Part shown: piece by piece, positions 39,716 through 47,245 of the stretch
How positions within the stretch are numbered: position 1 is the stretch's first letter
How the letters are laid out: every line of letters starts with the position of its first letter
DNA from: Candidatus Thermosaccharophagus tengchongensis
Lineage (GTDB): Bacteria > Armatimonadota > Fervidibacteria > Fervidibacterales > Thermosaccharophagaceae
Strand: one strand, 5' to 3'
Length of the DNA: 64,000 bases
NCBI GenBank assembly: GCA_032161105.1
Contig: JAVHTD010000007.1
The notes under the pieces: generated by a model
What the model was told of the DNA's origin: nothing
Database searches by the model: none
Seen by the model: the letters and a program-made list of their open reading frames with translations, nothing else
Program-made: the position numbers and the translations under genes

Positions 39716-41413
39716 TTAAGGGGTAACGGTGCCCCTCTTGCCGGCGATGCGAGCCTCAAGACCATCAACGGGCGTCAATTCAGCGTTTAGGAAATCTTGG
39801 ATAGTTCGGTTAGTCACAACAGCACCGACTTCCCAAGGGACTTGACTGCCGGCTGGAATGCCCCAACTGTTGTTCCAGCCACTTAAGCCGCTTAGGTCAG
39901 GCAAAGTGTAACTTGTTTGCCCGCCAAGCCAACCGGCGCTCAAGCCGACAAACCAGGAGCGAGAAAATGCCTGAATTGCTTGTCGGGAGCGCTTTTTCGG
40001 TCGTGAAAGTTGTGGGTTACTGACCAAGCGTTGGCGAAGGTCTATCCCACCACCCTCTCCGAATTGGGCAAAATAGGCTTGCGCTCCTGAATAGGCATCC
40101 CAACTCGCAGTGAAGCGGGTATAAGGTGTCGTCGCTGCTACCCTCACAGAAGCGTTGCCAAAGGGAGAAGGTAAAGTGACAGAAAGATTGGTCGGCGCTT
40201 TGAAGTAGCGCTCAATTAGCCGAGTGGTGGTGCCAGTCTCAGCTGTTGCGGATAGGTTATGGATATCATTTCCAAACTGCTTGGCAGTTGGAACGGCAGC
40301 AAAGGGGAACTGGATGGTTGGAGGGGGGACTTCAAATCCACCACCAGTCCAGGCTCTGGTTCCGTTGTGGCTTATGAAGGACACCTCACCGCCAGCCAGT
40401 TCTCCTGATGAAACGCCATTAATGACAGCATTATGGGTTTCAGGCACAAAGGCTTCAGAGCTGTTGAAGTCAATGTTGATGGTTGTGTTCCCTGATATGA
40501 CAACATCGTGCTGGATGAGCCCCTTGTTTGGAGTAGGCCCCCCTGGGAACCTAAGTGCAATCAAGTCATAGGTGCCAGGTGGGACTTGCAATGAGTAGGT
40601 GTTGGAAGGGGGAAAGACAGAAGCATATGAGTTACCCATATAGACCACTGCTCCAGCACCTTCAAGACCACCGATCGTTCCCGAGACAGTGACGGTGTTA
40701 GCGGAAGGCGCTTCTTCACTAACCAAGTTGATTTGCGAAAGTTCGTTGACGGTGGCGTGGATGATGTTGACTTCCACTTCGGTCATCCCATCAGGCCCAG
40801 ATGGTCTGACAAACACAACCGCCAATCCATATCTGCCATTGGGGGCACGAATGGTGAGAGTGTATTGAGGCGCAATGGTCGTTTCAATTCGTTGCCAAGG
40901 ACCGTCTCCATCTTGGAAAGCGATAAAGTCAGGTGGAGCCTGTTGCCTGCCTCGGTAAGTCCGGACCACAACCGTCCCTGTAGTGATTCCCGACATCACA
41001 ATCTCCAAGTTGGTTCGCTGACCTTCGGCAAGGGTCGCTGTCCCGCTGCCTGCAGCCACTGTCTGGTTGTTGTTGTCTTTTGCTTCCGCAGTGACACGCT
41101 TGAAACCAACAGGTAGGTTAGGATAGACCTTCGTTACGACAGTTTGATTTTGGGGTCGAGGGATGGAATCTCGGATGGGGTTTACTAACCCATCGCCTGT
41201 AATGGTAACATCTACCTTCACCGCTGAGGGCGGTATGACACGGGATTTGCTCCAATCAATCGTCAGCACTATTTCTCCTGTGCGATTGCTTCCGATGTTG
41301 CTACTACTTTTAGCGCTGGGCGCTTTGCTACCGCCACACCCAGCGATGATGAACGCCATTGCTGCCACGACCGTCAGGCTAATTCCAATCACCCAAAGGG
41401 TTCGCCTTTTCAT
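39716..41413 (-). CDS. Beta-rich surface lipoprotein of unknown function
   Basis: MKRR..IIAG-CGGS lipobox, AGGAGGTGA RBS, Thr/Gly/Ser-rich Ig-like stretches. Confidence 0.85.
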   Translation of the reverse strand: MKRRTLWVIGISLTVVAAMAFIIAGCGGSKAPSAKSSSNIGSNRTGEIVLTIDWSKSRVIPPSAVKVDVTITGDGLVNPIRDSIPRPQNQTVVTKVYPNLPVGFKRVTAEAKDNNNQTVAAGSGTATLAEGQRTNLEIVMSGITTGTVVVRTYRGRQQAPPDFIAFQDGDGPWQRIETTIAPQYTLTIRAPNGRYGLAVVFVRPSGPDGMTEVEVNIIHATVNELSQINLVSEEAPSANTVTVSGTIGGLEGAGAVVYMGNSYASVFPPSNTYSLQVPPGTYDLIALRFPGGPTPNKGLIQHDVVISGNTTINIDFNSSEAFVPETHNAVINGVSSGELAGGEVSFISHNGTRAWTGGGFEVPPPTIQFPFAAVPTAKQFGNDIHNLSATAETGTTTRLIERYFKAPTNLSVTLPSPFGNASVRVAATTPYTRFTASWDAYSGAQAYFAQFGEGGGIDLRQRLVSNPQLSRPKKRSRQAIQAFSRSWFVGLSAGWLGGQTSYTLPDLSGLSGWNNSWGIPAGSQVPWEVGAVVTNRTIQDFLNAELTPVDGLEARIAGKRGTVTP

Positions 41414-41465
41414 CTCTCTTCACCTCCTGAGTTTTTTCGGCATAGGACGCCGTTTTTCACCACCA

Positions 41466-41531
41466 ATGTAGGGCATGGGCTCTGCCCCATGCCGACTTCT
41501 TTCGGCGCAAGACAGAGCCTGCGCCCTACAT
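41466..41531. repeat. GTAG-type REPIN (inverted REP pair)
   Basis: ATGTAGGGCATGGGCTCTGCCCCATGCCGA ... TCGGCGCAAGACAGAGCCTGCGCCCTACAT. Confidence 0.75.
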
Positions 41532-41541
41532 AGGATGTCTT

Positions 41542-43194
41542 CTATCGTTGACGAATAGTCAATCCCAATTCGCCCGGCGCACGGACATGAACGGTCACAT
41601 CCGCTTGGGCTGATTCATAAGTTGTTTCAGCTTCATAAGTTGTTTCAGCGTGGATGGTGATATCGGTGTTAGGTTGTGTCGCCGTCAGTGTGACCATTGC
41701 AATGCCGTTTTGGTCAGTCACTGCTGAGCCAGCGCTTAACTGTCCGCCTTGACCAGCGGTAATGCTGAATTTGACCGTTGCGCCTCTTATGAATTGCCCA
41801 GCATCTGTTTGAACTTGGGCAAGGATAGTTGCCCGCTCGCCGGCGTTGATGGCGGGCGGAATAGCACTGAGGGCAAGGCGAAGTTGGAAAGTGCCCGTGA
41901 CGACAAAGCCGGCGGCTCCTTGAGGGGTCTGGTCAAAAGCGTCAATGTAGTCAGTGCCTAAGGTGTATTTGCCGTCTTGATCCATGTCAATGATGACATC
42001 ATACCTGCCTGGAACCAAAGGTGGTATCCACACGGGATAGAGATACTGGTTCCCGCAGGCATACCGCAATATGTCCTGTTCGGGTCGCCCCGTTACATCA
42101 ACGAGAGGGTCGCCATTCTGCCAATTGTCCTTGTGCAAGACGATGTATTTGCGAACCATTTGGCAAGGTGCCAGGGGACGCCAAGGAGGGTTAACCCAGA
42201 CAGTGACGGTCTCGTTATCATTAAACTGGTCTTTGAATATCCCCTGCTGGTCAGAGGCTAACTCTACCCTTAAATGTTGCACTTGCCTGCCTCTTGATGC
42301 CGATTGAACGGTGAAGCCAGTGCCAATGAAGCCGTTTACGACATCGGTGCCAGCGTCAAATTTACCGTTGCCATTGACATCCACGACGACATCAAAGTCG
42401 CCATCAGTCTGCCTTGTTCCTAACCTTTGCGCTGACGCCCAAACCGTCGTTCGTGGCAGATTGCCATTAGCGTCGGTTGTGACAGTTTCCGCCCCGCCAC
42501 TTTCATCTGTCAGTTGGTCTCCATTCTGCCAGTTGTCTTTGTCTCTGACGACGAACAGCTTAACTTGCTGATTGGCAGGGAAACCAAAGCCCTCAACCAG
42601 AACTGGTTCACCTACAAGGACTGACCCCATCGGATAGTGGGGTGGATTGCCCGCCAAGATGTTGACAAATCCTTGCCCCGCTTGTCGGCTCCGTGGTGAG
42701 TGAAGGCGTGACGACAGAATTTCAAACCGCAAAAGGGCAGCAAGCAAGCGCCCAGTTGACCCAACGGCTCGGAATTCGTAAGTTCCGCTGGCATCTATCG
42801 GTTGACCAGTTCGGGGATCAACGCCGATGTCCCAAAGAGGGATAGGTGGGATATTTCCACTCCGGTCAGCGGTTAACTGGAAGATGATAGGTTCTCCAGT
42901 CGTTGGGTCAGTAAGAGGGACACCGTTACGCAAGACTTGAATCTCCACAAGTTGCCCTGGCGTGAAACCGGAGAAAGAACTAAACACTGTTGGGCGGGCA
43001 TCAAGGGGCAAATCGGGGACGCCATTGTTGTTAGTGTCACGAACGGCGCGCCCTGAAGCATCGGTGAGCGGACCGACTTGTGGTGCTGGACCTCCCCCAC
43101 CACAACCTGAAAAGAAAACCGCTCCGACAAGCCCTAATGCTGCGAGGAGTATTAACCCACGCTCCCATACAACAACTCTCCGCTTCCGACTCAT
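41542..43194 (-). CDS. Surface lipoprotein with a duplicated Ca-binding-like beta domain and a C-terminal Big-1 (Ig-like) domain
   Basis: FFSG-CGGGG lipobox; two repeats with KDNWQNGD..VW..D-x-N/D-x-N/D-GK; AVTDQNGIAMVTL; GGAGG RBS before ATG 43194. Confidence 0.82.
   Translation of the reverse strand: MSRKRRVVVWERGLILLAALGLVGAVFFSGCGGGGPAPQVGPLTDASGRAVRDTNNNGVPDLPLDARPTVFSSFSGFTPGQLVEIQVLRNGVPLTDPTTGEPIIFQLTADRSGNIPPIPLWDIGVDPRTGQPIDASGTYEFRAVGSTGRLLAALLRFEILSSRLHSPRSRQAGQGFVNILAGNPPHYPMGSVLVGEPVLVEGFGFPANQQVKLFVVRDKDNWQNGDQLTDESGGAETVTTDANGNLPRTTVWASAQRLGTRQTDGDFDVVVDVNGNGKFDAGTDVVNGFIGTGFTVQSASRGRQVQHLRVELASDQQGIFKDQFNDNETVTVWVNPPWRPLAPCQMVRKYIVLHKDNWQNGDPLVDVTGRPEQDILRYACGNQYLYPVWIPPLVPGRYDVIIDMDQDGKYTLGTDYIDAFDQTPQGAAGFVVTGTFQLRLALSAIPPAINAGERATILAQVQTDAGQFIRGATVKFSITAGQGGQLSAGSAVTDQNGIAMVTLTATQPNTDITIHAETTYEAETTYESAQADVTVHVRAPGELGLTIRQR
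41614..41649. repeat. Perfect in-frame 18-bp tandem duplication (AETTYE x2)
   Basis: TTCATAAGTTGTTTCAGC twice. Confidence 0.9.
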
Positions 43195-43236
43195 CTCACA
43201 TCGCCTCCTTTTGTGCTCTTTCACTACCGCAAGAAG

Positions 43237-43253
43237 AAGGGAAAACTACAGAC
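43237..43253 (+). repeat. Direct repeat copy 2 (AAGGGAAAACTACAGAC)
   Basis: 16 of 17 identical to 39695-39711. Confidence 0.75.
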
Positions 43254-43297
43254 CACCATCACCTCCATGCTCTCGTGATGAGCTTGATGCTTAAATA

Positions 43298-43375
43298 CTA
43301 ACCCAATACCCCAGCCAAGCAGATGCACAACAGGGTTAGCAAGGCAACAGTCTGTTTAACCACCCTTACCTCCAT
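43298..43375 (-). pseudogene. 25-aa ORF consisting only of a signal-peptide-like sequence (gene remnant or small membrane peptide)
   Basis: GAGGTG then MEVRVVKQTVALLTLLCICLAGVLG-stop. Confidence 0.35.
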
Positions 43376-43438
43376 CACCTCTCTCCTCCCAACCAAGAGT
43401 TCAAAGGTTTTTGACGGGTCTTGTTTATCAAAAACCGC

Positions 43439-44968
43439 TTACCTCACATGAACCTCTATCAACCTGTAAGTGGCAAGGGGAATCTTCACATTCTCTCCGT
43501 CCTTCGCCTTCCCTATCATCTCCCCCGTTTCTCTGTCGTAAAGGGAATACTCCTTGTAGCCGAGGAAAAGGCGCAAAGAAATTTCCACCTTTGGAGGCTC
43601 TTTCTCCACAGAGTTTATCAGCCATAGAAGGAATTTTCCCCTGCTTACCCTCGTCAACACACCATATGCCTTCCCCACTTTGAGAGGCAAAGGGCTCTTC
43701 TCGGCAAGGGATAGGATGAGGCTTCTGCTCTCGGGATGAGAGTAGGATTTCCCCTCGTAGTATATCTGCGAACCGTCGCTCTCCAAAACATGGCTAAACC
43801 TACCCCGAGGGACTGAAGCGTTTGTGGGAAAGAGGACGAGAATTCCGTAGGGGGTCTCAGGGATCAAGCCATCTTGGTATATCCTCTCGTTATAGAAGTA
43901 GCGGGGGATGTAGGATTCGGGTGTTTCTTTGAGCCAAGGGGCAGATTCAAAAAGCGCTAAGCCTTTCTGATTGAGAAGTTTGATGGCTATGGGGGAGAAG
44001 GAAAGGATTTCGTCCCGAGAAGGTATCCTTATCTTCCCGCTCCTGTAAAGTTCTATGAAGGGCTTTATCCCTTTCTTGTAGATTGGAGCGAGAGACCAAG
44101 TTCCCCATTCCCAAATCATCTGCATGTGTTCAAATTGGATGTAAGTTGCTCCCAAGCTGGCAGCTTGAAGACACATTCGGAAGATCACATCGGGAGGACA
44201 AGTTTGTATTGGACCATATCCTGCATCACGCCACCACCAATCCTGTGCGGAGAAGCCCCACTCCTTCGCTAAGCCTCCCAACCACATCCCAAGGCAGGCG
44301 CCTAAGTTGAGAGTTTCAGCCCTTGGGTCATTTGTCTCGTGAAGGGGAACTATGACATCCGAGTAATCCTTGTTGAAAAGTTTCGCCCATCCATCAGTGT
44401 CCACCATGCTAAAGCCCCACCAACCCATCCCTTTCGTCCCATCGCGGGAGTGCTCAGCCCAAACCATCTTCCGCTTGTATTCTCTGCAAAGGTTGCGAAA
44501 GGAAATTAGGTCGTTGAGGTAATTCCATCCGTGACCAGCGTTGAGGGGTTCACTCAGATAAACCCCCTTGCAAGTGCGGGGAGCAATCTTGAAAACTTTC
44601 TCACAAGTTGAGAGGGTGATCAATGGGGGAGTAGGTCCAGCGATTTGAAGGAAGAAGTTGATACCCCTTTCCTCACACCCCTTGGCTATTTCCACTATCT
44701 GCTCAGAAGAGCTCCCACCCTTTTTGACGCCGGGAGCCCCTTCCTCCTCAAAGGCTAAAAGGAGCGCAGGGTTGGGATCGTCTTTTATCTGACTCCACAA
44801 TCTTGACAAGTAGTCAATGGTTGCCTCCTTCCAATCCGCTCTTTTGAGTAACCCCAAGTAGCCGGGAGAGTAGATAGAGTAGATGAGATGGAGTTGAGAA
44901 CTTGTCAAGCCGTTGAGGGAGAAAAGGACAAGAAGGATCGGAATGAAGAATGGCACATACCCTCTCAT
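43439..44968 (-). CDS. Secreted protein, divergent GH98-like glycoside hydrolase
   Basis: Signal peptide; LGMWLGG..WG...DWWW, GATYIQFEH, IKPF..IPSRDEIL and PYG resemble the GH98 catalytic module. Confidence 0.55.
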   Translation of the reverse strand: MRGYVPFFIPILLVLFSLNGLTSSQLHLIYSIYSPGYLGLLKRADWKEATIDYLSRLWSQIKDDPNPALLLAFEEEGAPGVKKGGSSSEQIVEIAKGCEERGINFFLQIAGPTPPLITLSTCEKVFKIAPRTCKGVYLSEPLNAGHGWNYLNDLISFRNLCREYKRKMVWAEHSRDGTKGMGWWGFSMVDTDGWAKLFNKDYSDVIVPLHETNDPRAETLNLGACLGMWLGGLAKEWGFSAQDWWWRDAGYGPIQTCPPDVIFRMCLQAASLGATYIQFEHMQMIWEWGTWSLAPIYKKGIKPFIELYRSGKIRIPSRDEILSFSPIAIKLLNQKGLALFESAPWLKETPESYIPRYFYNERIYQDGLIPETPYGILVLFPTNASVPRGRFSHVLESDGSQIYYEGKSYSHPESRSLILSLAEKSPLPLKVGKAYGVLTRVSRGKFLLWLINSVEKEPPKVEISLRLFLGYKEYSLYDRETGEMIGKAKDGENVKIPLATYRLIEVHVR

Positions 44969-45699
44969 CTTTTGTCTACACCTCGACAGCGCCAAGTTAC
45001 TATTGAAATGCTCAACCAAACCACCTTCCATCAATGGCAATGGACAGAAAGACACACAATGGCATAAACGCATTCAATAGCATGTGCCGTTGGAGGCGTA
45101 GTCGGCATCAGCCGCAGTTCTCTGTGGGGTTATCCTAAGCTGTGGGGTAGATTGGGCATGCTTGCTTACCACTTCGCCATTGAGGATGTTAGTCAAGCGT
45201 CAACTTGACCCACCCAACTTGCATGCCTTACCCACACCGCCAGCCTTTGCCTTGAGCCATTATCAAACTCTTTAGCAGCTCGCTGACCATGAGCGAGCTC
45301 AGTGATGTTTCTAAACTCCAAGATGGCTCAAAAGGCTAACGCCATTGCTCGCCTCTCGCTCTCCTCTCCATCGCACCGTTCGGTTTTCAATGTCCAATCA
45401 CAGCCGCCTTTTGATTGCACCACAAAGTCGCTTGCTGTTAAGCATTGCCTCGCTCAGCAATCCGTTACACAGTATAACGCACCTTGCGGATTTGACTCCA
45501 CCTGCCATCCTCAACCAAGTTTGTTCTTTCACTTCCAGAGTGCCATCGCATTGGCACTATGCATTACAACGCCTTCTACATTCAAGGAACTTAGTAACTT
45601 GCCACCCGTGCACTATTGGCACCACTGCAAAGTGGAAAGCCACCCTATGCCACTACATGAGCGCGATGAGCCAAAATTCTATGCAGCTGCTCAAAGGGG

Positions 45700-46263
45700 G
45701 TGAAAGTCGTGGTCACAAGGGAACAGGCATGGCAGTGGGTTTGTGAGTGGGTGAGTAATGAACACCTGCGCAAGCATTTGCTTGCCGTTGAGGCTGCAAT
45801 GCGCCATTATGCGCGCATCTACGGTGAGGATGAGGAGATGTGGGGGCTTGCTGGGTTGCTCCACGACATTGACTATGAACGCCATCCTGAGGCAACAGAG
45901 CACCCGCGTGTTGGCGCTCAGTTCTTGCGCCAGAGTGGCGTTCCGGAGGAAGTCGTTGAGGCAATACTTGGACATGCAAATTGGACTGGCGTTGCACGCA
46001 ACTCACTTATGGCAAAAGCGCTCTATGCTTGTGATGAGCTTACGGGCTTGCTTGTGGCTACAGCGCTCGTCATGCCGAATAAGAAACTTTCGGAAGTGAG
46101 GGTGGATTCTGTGCTGCGCAAAATGAAGGACAAGTCGTTTGCGAGGAAGATTGACAGGCAGGCAATCATTGATGGTGCAAATGAGCTTGGCGTGCCACTT
46201 GAGGAACATATCGCCAATGTGTTGACTGCAATGCAAGGCATTGCAGAGCAGCTTGGGCTTTGA
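45700..46263 (+). CDS. HD-domain metal-dependent phosphohydrolase
   Basis: RKHLLAVE, GLLHDIDYE, ILGH, ACDELTG, KSFA. Confidence 0.88.
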   Translation: MKVVVTREQAWQWVCEWVSNEHLRKHLLAVEAAMRHYARIYGEDEEMWGLAGLLHDIDYERHPEATEHPRVGAQFLRQSGVPEEVVEAILGHANWTGVARNSLMAKALYACDELTGLLVATALVMPNKKLSEVRVDSVLRKMKDKSFARKIDRQAIIDGANELGVPLEEHIANVLTAMQGIAEQLGL

Positions 46264-46285
46264 TGGGCAACTGTTGGGGGTGATA

Positions 46286-47170
46286 ATGATGGACAGAAGG
46301 AGCTTTCTGATCGGTATGGCTGCATGCCTCAGTGGGAAGGCTTTGAGCACCATTGAAGGTGGTGAGGAGAAATTGAGCTCGCCAACTCAACTTGTGCCCA
46401 TCGGGAAAACCGGGATTAAAGCGACACTCGTTGGCATAGGCACCGGGATGCGCGGTTGGATGCGCCAATCAAACCACACGCGCATGGGGAAAGAAGCGTT
46501 TATCAAGTTGATCAGGCACGCATACGATAGGGGCATCAGGTTTTTTGATGTGGCAGACCTGTATGGGACGCACACATTCTTGCGCGATGCAATTAAGGGC
46601 ATACCGAGAGAGAGCATCGTTATCCAGTCAAAGATTTGGTTCCGAAGGGAGGGCTTACCGGAGCATGTCACAGATGCTGCGGAGGCGCTTGAGCGTTTTC
46701 GGAGGGAGCTTGATACGGATTACATTGACATCGTGCTTTTGCATTGCACCACCGATGGCAATTGGCTTGACCAATTGAAGCAGATGCGTGACCAACTCTC
46801 GGAAGCGAAGGAGAGGGGCATTATCAAAGCGCATGGAACATCCTCACACAGCGTTGATGCGCTTAAGGCATCGCTTGCCTCCAATTGGGTTGATGTGCAA
46901 CTTGCCCGCATAAACCACATGGGAAGTCACATGGATGGCAAGCCTGAAGATATAGCCGACCTGTTGCGCAAGATGCGCTCTGCAGGCAAGGGAGTTGTCG
47001 GGATGAAGATCTTCGGTGAGGGCACTTTCAAGACGAAGGAACAACGCTGGGCGAGCCTACATTTCGTGCTGACACAGCGTTGCGTGGACGCATTCATAAT
47101 CGGCTTTGAGCGCCCGAGCGAAATTGATGAGACGCTCAAAATGGTTGAGGAGATACTTTCCTCAATCTGA
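46286..47170 (+). CDS. Aldo/keto reductase with Tat-like signal
   Basis: DRRSFL leader, GIGTG, FDVADLYGTH, DYIDIVLLH, GMK. Confidence 0.88.
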   Translation: MMDRRSFLIGMAACLSGKALSTIEGGEEKLSSPTQLVPIGKTGIKATLVGIGTGMRGWMRQSNHTRMGKEAFIKLIRHAYDRGIRFFDVADLYGTHTFLRDAIKGIPRESIVIQSKIWFRREGLPEHVTDAAEALERFRRELDTDYIDIVLLHCTTDGNWLDQLKQMRDQLSEAKERGIIKAHGTSSHSVDALKASLASNWVDVQLARINHMGSHMDGKPEDIADLLRKMRSAGKGVVGMKIFGEGTFKTKEQRWASLHFVLTQRCVDAFIIGFERPSEIDETLKMVEEILSSI

Positions 47171-47245
47171 TGGCGCAACAAAGCTAAAGTGACTTCAAAG
47201 ATATGAGACCGACGGGCGAGATGAGAAGGTGGGTGGTGATTCGGT

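Noticed and set aside
39225..45699. Prophage, IS element or integron as the cause of the accessory block
   Set aside because: No integrase, transposase, phage gene, tRNA target or clear attC core sites are visible
45302..45746. Two overlapping 133-aa ORFs
   Set aside because: No RBS, atypical Cys/His/Ser-rich composition, no family motif
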